From: Octopus vulgaris | Lineage: Eukaryota | NCBI GenBank assembly: GCA_951406725.2 | Contig: OX597817.1 | Span: 76,880,001-76,944,000 of the forward strand | Reading direction: 5' to 3' | Length of the DNA: 64,000 bases | Part shown: in pieces, positions 52,494 through 64,000 of the stretch | Layout of the letters: each line of letters opens with the position of its first letter | How positions within the stretch are numbered: position 1 is the stretch's first letter | The notes under the pieces: model-generated | What the model was told of the DNA's origin: nothing | Seen by the model: only the letters and a program-made list of their open reading frames with translations | Database searches by the model: none | Program-made: the position numbers and the translations under genes

Positions 52494-52765
52494 CCTTTCT
52501 ACTTAAGGCACAAAGCTTCAACTGTTGCGGTGAGCAGACTAATCGATTACATCGACCTCAGTGTTTCCCTGGTACTTAATTTGTCAACCCCGAAAGGATG
52601 AAAGGTAAAATCGACCCCGGCGGTATTTTAACTCAGAACGTGAAGATGAACATTTCACCCGTCATGCTAACAATTCTGCCAGATTTTTGTCCCTAAAAGG
52701 TGCTACCCCAGTGCTCGACTGGTACTTATTTCATAAGGAAAGAAAAAATTGACCTCGGAACAATT
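52492..52765 (-). mobile_element. SINE family C whose (TTA)n tail flanks the Dong-like insertion
   Basis: cctttctacttaaggcacaa...gattacatcgac...aactcagaacg. Confidence 0.75.
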
Positions 52766-53063
52766 TGGTTTTGTAATAATGATAATATATATTATTAGAA
52801 TCGCACATTTTCATCGAGTATCTATGTTTTGATTACTAATATTTTGCAAGTCATCACCCCTGTAGTACTTAATTACAATAAGAAAGTAAAAATGACTGCA
52901 ACGTAGTATATATACATATTTATTTAATGCCGATAATACAGTTTGCCACGAAACAATTGTTTTAGTCACGACACAGAATCTCATATGAAGTCACTCGTTA
53001 AACAAGTGCGCCACAAACGGGTGTGGTCGGGTATGCATGTGTGTATGTGAGTGCGCATATGTA

Positions 53064-53121
<58 letters not shown>

Positions 53122-53939
53122 TATATGCGCGTGTGTATGCATGTCTATATATGTTCTTTTAAACATGAGGCACATAGATGTGTTTTTTCCGTCCTGTTAG
53201 GGACCTAGAATCATGTGCACACATGCATTAATGATGGACACCTTTTTTTGCAGAAGATGTTCAGGGATCTTACTATACACGCTGATACGTCCCTTTTACT
53301 GGGTGTTTTACCTATTTTGGCTTAGGCCAACCACAATATGAAAAGAACAATGAAGATGTTAACAAAGATGTAAAAAATCAAGCACTGCATGCGCCTGAAG
53401 CTTTTTAATGTGAAGAAAAGCATTACTGAGAGCTACTCTCACTCTTTAAATAATTTATGCAAAAGAAGAACCAATCTGTTATTGGATGCAAATAATGTCA
53501 TAGGTGTCACATTAGAATTTTATTTTCATTTTCATTTTTCTCTTTGAAAGATGTCTGAACAAGCATAGGGGAGTCCCACGCTCGGTTATGTACTGGCATT
53601 AACTCTATCGAATTAATCCTCACTTTGACAGTTTCCCTTTGTCATTCAATAAAATAAAACACCCTCTACCAAGCAGGTTTGATAAAGTTGCCGATTCACT
53701 CACCGAAGGCCTGAGCATACGACAAATTGTGTAGGAGTACATGTTAAACAGTAGCACGTTGTGTAACCCAACATAAGTATTTATTCATATACATACATGC
53801 ATACGAAAAAGGCATAGATCTTGTATTTGTTGTTAGATAAGGGAATTGGAATGATTCCATTTGGAGATTGAGGGCTTAGAGTAGTAATTAGCGAGATTAT
53901 TCGAGGATATTTCATATTCCTAAATGATATACAATATTC

Positions 53940-54370
53940 TTTTATTCTTTTATTTGTTTCAGTCGTTAGACTGCGGCCATGCAGGAGCACTGTCTTTTAG
54001 TCGAAGAAATTGACCTCAGGACAGACATATTCTTTGTAAGCCTGGTACTTATTCTATCGGTCTCTTTTGTCGAACTACTAATTTACAGGGGTGTAAGCAC
54101 ACCAACATCGGTTGTCAAGCAATGGTGGTTGTGGTGGTGATATTGTTGTGTGCGGGGGAACAAACACAGACACAAAGGCACACACATAGATATATACAAT
54201 ATATATACATACGACAGGCTTCTTTCTGTTTCTGTCTACCAAATCAACTCACAGGCTTTGGTCGGCCCGATGCTATAAGTAGAAGACATTTGCCCAAGGT
54301 GTCATGAAGTGGAACTGAACACGGAACCATAATGTTGGGAAACAAGCTCCTCTCCACACAGCTACGCCTA
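53940..54370 (-). mobile_element. SINE family B
   Basis: Family B motifs; tail gtttcagtc...gcggccatgcaggagcac. Confidence 0.8.
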
Positions 54371-54493
54371 TTACATGTATATGTGTGTATGTATACACCC
54401 ACACACATATATATGGCTAAACTGGCAACGTGACCATTCCCAAATACAACAATATATATACATACATACATACATATATATATATATATAATA

Positions 54494-54912
54494 TAAACAA
54501 GAAGGGTAGTAATATTATTTACTACCAGGTGCCCAGCACAAAAGACGAATTAGTCATAAGACAAAAATATTATTCATATAGAAAAATATTATTCATGTAG
54601 TTATACAATTAAGGGCTCCTAAATTAAGATGCCGAGTGCTGGGAACACAAAAAGGGGATGAATTTATCGAGAGTGAAAATCAAAAACGTTTACCGATAAC
54701 TTTAACTCGAACCGCGGTTTCTGCTTCTTTCTAGCAAAACACAGAATATGTTTAGCCTTAGCAAACATATTCTGTGTTTTGCTAGAAAGAAGCAGAAACC
54801 GCGGTTCGAGTTAAAGTTATCGGTAAACGTTTTTGATTTTCACTCTCGATAAATTCATCCCCTTTTTGTGTTCCCAGCACTCGGCATCTTAATTTAGGAG
54901 CCCTTAATTGTA

Positions 54913-54918
<6 letters not shown>
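54494..54918. mobile_element. PLE-like terminus with perfect fold-back (arms 54598-54753 and 54763-54918)
   Basis: 156-bp perfect arms with a 9-nt loop. GAAACCGCGGTTC resembles a hammerhead stem III and cleavage half. (TA)n on both flanks. Confidence 0.8.
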
Positions 54919-54963
<45 letters not shown>

Positions 54964-55176
54964 GTCAGGAGATGATATATACAAACGAAGCAGCTCTGAA
55001 CCATTAGTTTAGCACTTAGAAGGTTGTTTGTTATGGCTAGCTAGAGAGTGCACCTTAATTTTGCACTTGCCAAGTACTAAGCTGTATAGAGGACTTAGCT
55101 GGAGGCGTTTAACTGACGTGTTGCCTATACAGTATAGCTCTTTATAGGTGCAAAACCAAGAGTCCATATCTGACCG

Positions 55177-55262
<86 letters not shown>

Positions 55263-55490
55263 TGTGAAGGTGTCAGTTTGTTTACATCTCCGTAACTTAC
55301 TGGTTCGGGAAAAAGAGCCGATAGAAGGATCAGACTTAAAAAAATAATTACTAGGGTTGATTCGGTCGACTAAAATTCTTGAAGGCGGTGCCACAGCATG
55401 GCCAGAGTTTAATGGCTAAAACAAGTAAAAGAACAAAACAAGTAATAGAATCTGTATATATATACATATATATATATATATATAATATAA

Positions 55491-55560
<70 letters not shown>

Positions 55561-55563
<3 letters not shown>

Positions 55564-55802
55564 TATTCAACAATAGTATTAAGGAATGACCCTGATAGGT
55601 CGTTCAACTCACTTGAAAAGAGCAGCTAAACTCAAACCGCAAAAATAGTAGTAATTCTGAAACTAAAAGAGAAATAAAAACATTTATCCCCTTCTCCTTT
55701 AGTTTCAGAATTACTACTATTTTTGCGGTTTGAGTTTAGCTGCTCTTTTCAAGTGAGTTGAACGACCTGTCAGGTCATTCCTTAATACTATTGTTGAATA
55801 TA
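55561..55802. repeat. Fold-back inverted repeat (arms about 112 bp, 18-nt loop) next to (TA)n
   Basis: atatattcaacaatagtattaaggaatgacc...gaaactaaaagagaa pairs with ttctcctttagtttc...ggtcattccttaatactattgttgaatatat. Confidence 0.9.
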
Positions 55803-55909
55803 TTATATAGTCTGTGACTATTTCTATTTTCTCACTTGACCGCTTGTTGCAGAAAATTTTTCTTGAATTTTTCTTTAATTTTTTTGCTACCCTTATATTG
55901 ATTATATAA

Positions 55910-55979
<70 letters not shown>

Positions 55980-56041
55980 GTCTGGAGATGATATATACGA
56001 AACGAAGCAGCTCTGAACTATTAGTTTAGTACTTAGAATGT

Positions 56042-56141
<100 letters not shown>

Positions 56142-56160
56142 GTAAGAAAAGAAATAGTGC

Positions 56161-58140
56161 AACAATTAACAGGTAGAAGTTCATAGTTTAATTGTAGTTA
56201 AAAAACATTTACAGCTGTTTCAGTTTGTTATATTTGAAGTAAATTTGCATTTATCTTGTTCTATTTAAGAAACATCGTCAGAATGGTTTAGAGTTTATCG
56301 GAGGAATATAGACAGGAGAAAAAGGAAAAAAACTTTTGTGACCTTTAAGGTTTCACATGTGTGTACATTTCTGCAATTAGATGAATGGAGCATTATGTTC
56401 ATAAAATGACTAGTTTAATGGCGGTATTAGCCGAAAAAGTTATACCTGGTAGTAATATCCGGTGTCGTTAATTGCAATCAATAACACTGTTGAGATTGCT
56501 AGATAAGTTCCTATGATTACAGATAATGACTTTGTTAAAAATTAAGGATGCTCTTAAAAGTTGAAGTGCGATACACGGTATAAATTTGGGTTCCGTAAAA
56601 GGTGTAATGAATATATAAATAAATAAAAATGTTATGTGCGGCGTGGGCTATCTACTCGTTAATATAATTAAAAACCAATACAGTCGTCTAGAATAGGCTA
56701 AATCGCTTGTTTAATTGTGTTTATGTTAGTGGCAGCCCTAGCAATTAGTATGTTAGTTAGTGATCTAACTTTAATGTGAATATATTAAAGAAAATTATGT
56801 CTCCAGGTGTACATCGTGCATTTTGGATAAATAATTCAGTTATTCGGGGTAATTTAATTTAATTGTGATGTGATATTAAATCATGCTCTGTGGTAAGGGG
56901 AGGGTCAATGGGAGGTAATCAGATGTTAGGCAGTTCAGCTAATAACCTTTAATGTAGCTATTAGCGGTATTTAGAGAATAAGAAGTTATCTTTATGTAAG
57001 CATGTTTTATTTTTCTCATCACGTTTATTAAGTAATTCTGATTTGGCCATTATAATGAAGAATTTCTCTCATTTATGCATAAATTACAGCGATTATTTTT
57101 AAGGTCATATGAAGATGTTTTGGTTAGGATATGCCATTCTAATCTATAATTAATGAAACTTGAGCGATGGAGTCTAGCTTTTTATTGTTGATAGAAGCTA
57201 TAATAGTAGCTAGGTTGCTACTCTAATTTTATTGCTAAAGATTTCTTAGTATTTCGTATTGATATTGACGTGCTTATTAATAAGCTTCATTATAGATTTA
57301 GCTATATCAGTATTTAGTTAAATCTCGAAGGGGATTATTAGCCAGATGTTATCCTTATTCCGCTTGTTATTTCAATATTTTTACTTTTGGTGTAAAAACT
57401 GCCCTCAGTATTGTTGTACATTGTAAATTTATGGTTATAATTATTATTATTCTTTCTATTGTTATTTTTATTACTATTGCTATCAGCTTTGGTAGGGTTG
57501 TTAGATTAATTTATTTTATTTACCTTGATATTATAATTACTAACAGGGACTTTATTGGTTCTTTTAGGTGTATTATTTTAATTTTTGTTATTATTATTTT
57601 CCTGAGTATTATTATCAGTTCCGTTATTAGTATTATGACCGTTATCAGAGCTAATGTTATTAATATTATTAAGAATCTTATTATTCTTCCTACTCTTTTT
57701 GTTATTACTACTGTTATTGTTATTCTTATTATTTTAGTGATTATTAATATAGATATTTTGGATATTATTGCTATAATTATAATTATAGATATTTATGCTA
57801 TTCGGGTTACTTGTATAAGGCTCTGAATAAAGGTACTTAAGTTTTTTGCTTATAACCTGCTTTTTCCAATGCAATATTATAGTGTTCCTGATACATCTTG
57901 AACATATCTTCGTTGAACGTGAGATACGAAATTCTTTTACTAATGCCCTATACAAGTCATCTTTTTATAAAGGTTGGGTGGTTGCTATGTGCATTATCGC
58001 GGTTGGTATTAGGTTTAATGTACGGTTCGTGTAATCCCGTGGTTAAATTACAATTGGCATCTAAATAGTTAATACAAGTATACTCTTCTGCTACGTGATA
58101 ATTAATCCAAACCGCTTAAAGAACTTATATAATTTTTCTC
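56161..58140 (-). mobile_element. 5'-truncated, decayed Penelope-like element (Naiad-like)
   Basis: Minus-strand motifs: PYIKPN..HSNHPTFIK..ISKRISYL..NED.F...Y..ALEKAGY (RT thumb); IWLIIPF..NTDIAKSIMKLINKH (linker); LEWHIL..SSY..NRCNLCINE..LLNKRDE..CLH (EN C-terminus). A hammerhead lies in the 3' end. Confidence 0.85.
56203..56289 (-). ncRNA. Type I hammerhead ribozyme (canonical core) in PLE 3' terminus
   Basis: rc: CATT-CTGACGA-T-GTTT...AAAC-T-GAAA-CAGCTG-TA-AATG. Confidence 0.8.
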
Positions 58141-58153
58141 ATGTATGTATATA

Positions 58154-58188
<35 letters not shown>

Positions 58189-58582
58189 TTGTGTTTATGC
58201 ATAACTATGTGTGTAAGTCTTTGTCTATATACGTACGCATCATCACATACTAAGTCAGTTGTTAAACAAGTGCATTTTATATGTGGCTGTTTCTATGTAT
58301 TCATCTATGTATCATTGTTGTATGTACAAACAGAAACAATCTCATGCATTTATGCATGTTTGTTTACAAATCCCTTGCTACTAATTAACCAATACATATT
58401 CATGTACTGATGCATATTCATACATGAAAAACTAATTGTTCCTATATGCTAAGCTTATATACACGTCTTACGTAGATAAAATAGTATATACATCTGCACC
58501 AAGTGATTGGATGAGTCATACTTATGACTCAGCTTAGATGTATATATATATATATATATATGCGTGTGTGTGTGAGTGTGTC

Positions 58583-58898
58583 TGAAGGCACATGGTTCAG
58601 TGGTTAGAGCATCGAGCTTACGATCGAGAGGTTGTGAGTTCGAATCCCGACCGGGCTGCGTGTTGAGTTCTTGAGCAAGACACTTTATTTCACGTTGCTC
58701 CAGTTCACTCAGCTGTAGAAATGACAGGTGCCAAGCTGTATCGGCCTTTCCCTTGGATAACACTGGTGGCATGGAGAAGGGATGCCGGTATGCACGGGCG
58801 ACTGCTGATCTTTCATAAACAATCTTGCCCGGAATTGTGCCTGGGAGGCTAACTTCCTAGGTGCAATCCCATGGTTAGTCATGACCGAAGGGGGTCTC
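58583..58898 (+). mobile_element. tRNA-derived CORE-type SINE with tail T3
   Basis: tggttcagtggttagagc A box, gagttcgaatccc B box, CORE-like segment. Confidence 0.88.
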
Positions 58899-58999
58899 AG
58901 CATATATATATGCTTCGAGCCATTCCGAGTTTTCTTTTCTCACACGAGTTCCAGATTATCTAGCTGGTTATATATACATACATACATACATAATACATA

Positions 59000-59077
<78 letters not shown>

Positions 59078-59078
<1 letters not shown>

Positions 59079-59932
59079 TAGCTGACGTACACGGTAATTC
59101 TGGGGAAAGCGTGGCTTATCTCTTGGTTCTGTGCTCGCTAATCGAATAACAATACAAGTATGTAGCCCTTAAAACGGTTTTTATGCATTTATAGAGAATA
59201 CTGATCTTGTTTTTAAAAATTACCAATAAGTTATAAATACCCAAACTGTGAAGTCAGTTATGTAATAACATGAAATTAGTTATCCGATAGTAAGAATTCA
59301 AATAAAGTAGACCCGAAAAGGGCTTTAATGCGTTCCCAGAGAATATAGGAGGAAATACTAATAAGGTATGTATACTAAAATAGTGAAGCACGTTACGTAA
59401 TAACAGGCTAATCAGATATGAGATAGTAACAATTCAAACTAAATAACTCTGAAAAGGGCTTTTGTTCGTTCCCAGAGAATATTACCCTCATGGGCGCTAG
59501 TGTTGGTATAGTCGTGAATAATTCATTAACCGAAATAAGTGGATCTATTGTTGAGGAAAATACTATTTACTTGTTTAAGGGTTGTACTAGAAAAAATACG
59601 AAAACAAATAAGCATACTCAGTTTCATTTCTATCAAATAATTTAGGAAAATGAATGTGTTAATTCCCTTGGCTATATATAAGGATACCTATCAGGGATGA
59701 ATGGATTATCTCCCTTGGTTATTAAAATAAAATATATTAGATATATATATGAGGATCCCTTCCAGGGGCTCTATTATCGACTCTTTTTGACAATCTGAGT
59801 ATGCTGTGAGGTTTCCAGACATGATTTCTACTCACGTATCAAGTTTCATCAAAATCGATAAAAGGATGTAGGAGGAATTAAATAATAACTTCACAAGCAC
59901 ACCCACAGACAGAATTTCCCACATATGAAGTG

Positions 59933-59934
<2 letters not shown>
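59078..59934 (-). mobile_element. Non-autonomous Helitron-like element
   Basis: On the minus strand it starts A|TC and ends CTAG|T, inserted in (TA)n. Internal direct subrepeat gaaaagggcttt...cgttcccagagaatat at 59316 and 59451. Confidence 0.55.
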
Positions 59935-59982
<48 letters not shown>

Positions 59983-60104
59983 TATATACATATACATAGA
60001 TATATACACATATATGTATATATATGTATGTATGCATATAGGTATGTATATACATATATACACAGACTTACATGCAAATATGCATATATGTATACATACA
60101 TCTT

Positions 60105-60475
60105 TTACCTTTTACTTGTTTCAGACATTGGATTGTGGCAACGCTGTGACACCACCTTGAACTATTCTTAGTCGAATGAATCGATCCCAGTATAAAAAGT
60201 TTCTAATCCGAAGAACCGTGTCACGGTGACATACAAACACCGGTTGTCAAGCAGTGGAAGAGGACACAGACACAAAGACACTCGTGGACGCGCATGCATA
60301 CAGAGAGAGAGACACACACACACATATACACACGCACATACACGCACGCGCGCGTACAGACACACAGACACACATATACGACAGGCTTCTTTCAGTTTCC
60401 GTCTACCAAATCCACTCACAAGGTTTTGATTGGCCCGAGCCTATAGTAGAAGACAATTGCCCAGGATGCCACGCA
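60105..60475 (-). mobile_element. SINE family B (diverged)
   Basis: cttctttcagtttccgtctaccaaatccactcacaagg. Confidence 0.75.
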
Positions 60476-60494
60476 TATATATATATATATAAAT

Positions 60495-60865
60495 AAATCT
60501 TGTATCCCTGCCCTAAGGCTTTACTTTCACACACGCCAGGTTAATTTAATTCGTCTTTAGTCGAAAGGCAACTATTGTTATTTCCTGTATTTATATTTCT
60601 GTTACTTTCTCCGATTTTTCCATCCTCGTTTTTGTAAACATTCGCTGCTTTCTTCCAAGGAATCTCATGCTTTTAGCTTAGTTTTTCCTTGGGGCTAGCC
60701 AGATTGGAGCAATTTCGAGTATAACCAGCCGAAATTGCAAAGATAATCTGGAACTCGACTGAGGAAAGAAAACTCCGAATGAACCATCTCTGTTTTCTTT
60801 GTATCGTCTATCTGGATGCTTTGTTGTCTCTTTCTTGTATCACCTAACTCTATTATTCTCCTATT
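60495..60865 (+). mobile_element. Putative PLE-derived non-autonomous repeat between (TA)n tracts
   Basis: Degenerate CTGAGGA-AAGAAAACTC-CGAA motif. A partial inverted copy lies at 58915-58972. Confidence 0.45.
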
Positions 60866-61197
60866 ATATATATATATATATATATATATAGCGGCGTACG
60901 TACACGTCGGTCACTTATATGTAAGTATATATTTGTCTAAATCTTGTACGACTCTATTCTCTTATTCTTTTAATCTTTCTTCTTTCACGCTTATTTCGTT
61001 CATTCCACTCTTCGTTTTTTCGTTCCCCCTCTCTCACATTTCATTGCCTTCTCTTCGTGCTCACTTTCCCTCCTCTTTTCACTTCACTGTGTCCCTGTCA
61101 TATTTTCTCGTCTTTACTTTTATAAAATGTTTTAGTTACGAAAGAATTTGTCGTAATAATAAAATTTTCTTATTATATATATATATATATATTTATT

Positions 61198-61243
<46 letters not shown>

Positions 61244-61320
61244 CATATATACATATATATATATTTATATTTATACATATATATGCATATACATATATAT
61301 ATGTATATATGTGTATGTTT

Positions 61321-61375
<55 letters not shown>

Positions 61376-61386
61376 GGTATGTATGC

Positions 61387-61418
<32 letters not shown>

Positions 61419-62525
61419 TCGAAATAATAAAAAGAGAAAGAAATTCTTTAATATATATTTAATGATTCTTTACAATGATTCGTTTCTATATCAATTGTTT
61501 CTGTGAATTGATGTTGCAAGCAAAGTTGGTACAGAAGCAATAGTACCGAATCACTAAAAATGTGTTAAATGATTTCTTTGTCTTACTATTTCGGTTATAA
61601 TTTACTTTTCTGAACACCCACACAACGGTCTACTGTCGTGACACCAGGATTCTCTGCCGCTAAAGAATTTCGGTATTAGTCTGGAATTCGACAGTTTCGA
61701 TAACCCAGAAGTCAGGTTGATTGCTTCTCTGGAAATACCCTAAATTTGTACCCTTCCATGACCGAAGATATTTACATTTATATTTATATCTACATTTTTG
61801 TGTGTATGTGTATTTGTTTTTTTCCATAAATATATCAGCTTGTATATTTAGATAAAAACATGTGTTTGTGTGCGTGTGTGTATTACTGTGCATTTATGTA
61901 AATATGTTGACATACATGCACACATATGCGTACATATATACCTACATAGAATTGTTTTATAAGTGACAAGTCGAAAAATAAAACAATGATCATTTCGCAT
62001 TATATTTGTTTAGTTTTGTGGCGTGGCAAAATCCTAGGGAAAATAAAAGTTCAAACAAAACGAAACGAAATATTTTCCTTCGCCTAATTAAGACAATTAC
62101 TGCGAAGAGAAAAAACAAGAAAAAGAAAACAAGAATAAAATGAATAAACAAGAGACAGCGGGGGAAAAAAACGAAAACAATTAAAAACGAAAAAAAAATA
62201 AATGAATGACAATTAAAAACGACAGAAAAAAACAAAAGGCAAATTACACAGAAATAATACAGAAACACACAGCAACAAAAAAAAACAAATAAAATAAGAA
62301 AAATAAATATATAGAAATCACAATGATAACGAATCTGAAAAGAACTTAACATGATTTATGTATATAGGGTCTCTTGCACCGGGTAACCTTGGCATGAATT
62401 AAACATTGATGTTATGTCTAAGACAAAACCGCAGTTCACATAATTGACAATTCCGCTCGCTCTCTGATGAGATCAAGTACAGGTATTTATTTATTTATTT
62501 ATTTATTTATTGGATATTTTAAAGG

Positions 62526-62596
<71 letters not shown>

Positions 62597-62997
62597 CAAT
62601 GCCTTTTGCTGTCGATGTTGCTATTGTTGTTCTTATAGCGTGAGTCACAGCAATGTCCCGATGACAAGTCTTTTAAAGAACCATCCAACGATTTGAATAT
62701 ACCACTTGTTCTAGCCATGCTGAATTATTATTATTATTGTTATTGTTGTTGTTGTTGTTGTTGTTGTTGTTATTATGCTACATTTTTATGTCGATTACAT
62801 TTCTCTAATAGTTCTTGTTATTTTCGTTGTATCTGTTGCTAACGTCCTTATATCATCATTATCGTCATCTTCGCTGCCATCGTCACCATCATCATTGTCG
62901 TCATCGTCTGCATAAGCATCTTATGCCGTTGGTCGACTGGCAAAAAGAAAACCAAAGAAGCGAACATATTGCGTGCAATATGGTATTTAACTAAAGA

Positions 62998-63040
<43 letters not shown>

Positions 63041-63128
63041 TCAATAAATGTGTGTGGGGTTGTGTTGACCGCACGTGGAGAAATGATAAGCAAAGAAAAA
63101 TTTTTCCTGTGCTTACAATTTTTCCTTG

Positions 63129-63181
<53 letters not shown>

Positions 63182-63309
63182 ATGTGTGTATGTGTATCTT
63201 TTATACTTATATGCACATATTTTATATATGCATATATATATGTGTGTGTGTGTGTACACACATACATACACCCCCCCCACGCACATATATATATCATGTT
63301 TTTACAGAA

Positions 63310-64000
63310 AATGTTGTAAAATCACGGGAAAGACTGCTGATCAAGCAGTTGACTAAAGCACCATTCATTGACTCACTCTATAGAGATAAAGCGAAAGAAA
63401 AGGCTATCGCTGAAATTTCGAACTGCTCGCAGAATTCTGGGCCACGGGATCCCTCTGGAATGTCGTCTGGATGAACTAAGTGTGAGGACGAACGAAGTGT
63501 ACCAGTAAGATCTGAACCAGTATGACTGGCTATCCTAGCCATGAGAGAACCAGTTTGACAAATTGGAGAATAGTAGTACTTAATACATCAAGAACTTCTA
63601 TGTTCAGATGGCTTTAAGTAATATAGTGCAACTGCTCATTAACCAGCGCCAAATCTTTTATTTTCATGATAGATGGCGTGACAAGTAGCGGACTGGAATC
63701 AGAAAGAACAAGAAGTAGAGTGTTGAGCGAAGAAAATATCGTTTTCGTTTCCTGATAGCGGTTATTTTTGTAGCTCATTCAGAAACCTACCTGACAGAAT
63801 TTGGAGTCAAGTGTTTCAGAGGCACAGAACTTCAGTTCACTGAAACTCACTACCAATATTCCGCAGTCAGTAATGGTTGAGGAGTTGTGTATTACACAAA
63901 TGTTGGACTGCTGTTATTTTTTTCTTTTCAATTTCGGGATCACAGCGCAGTGATCATCAAATGCATCTTGGAGCACTTCAGGTTTCCATCAACCGAAAAA
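63310..64000 (+). pseudogene. Possible decayed hAT transposase fragment
   Basis: DSLYRDKAKEKAIAEIS..RTARRI..*DLNQYDWLS and later MIDG loosely resemble hAT TVARRI / FSL-DES / TTDG segments. Many stops. Confidence 0.3.

Noticed and set aside
57431-57826. 131-aa hydrophobic ORF resembling a membrane or mitochondrial protein
   Set aside because: It is the antisense of the Asn-rich insert in the PLE remnant.
57957-57959. In-frame TGA in the Naiad-like remnant as selenocysteine
   Set aside because: It does not fall at an expected Cys position, and TAG and TAA stops occur nearby, so it is probably decay.
58583-58655. tRNA genes at the SINE heads (also 13996, 27030, 33049, 38020)
   Set aside because: They continue into SINE bodies and I could not build a complete cloverleaf.
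61595-61740. Possible minus-strand exon (GISREAINLT...)
   Set aside because: Short open frame, weak acceptor context, no recognisable protein and no partner exons.

Overview
AT-rich, microsatellite-saturated eukaryotic DNA with no recognisable host exon. The SINE and LINE complement suggests an octopus (cephalopod) intergenic or intronic region; this is an inference. Almost all ORFs in the track are translated simple repeats. The real coding content is retroelement and transposon remnants: a 5'-truncated CR1-group LINE (39454-42437, -), a Dong/R4-like RT-REL element inserted in a (TAA)n tract (50273-52403, +), a Naiad-type Penelope-like element (PLE) remnant (56161-58140, -), and Tc1/mariner fragments. 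There are also MITEs, a non-autonomous Helitron and dozens of tRNA-derived SINEs. The most notable signal is about ten type-I hammerhead ribozyme motifs from unrelated families, together with at least seven unrelated inverted (fold-back) duplications, mostly embedded in (TA)n tracts. Together these suggest a microsatellite-associated PLE/retrozyme-like system. All calls were made by eye, without alignment, folding or database tools.
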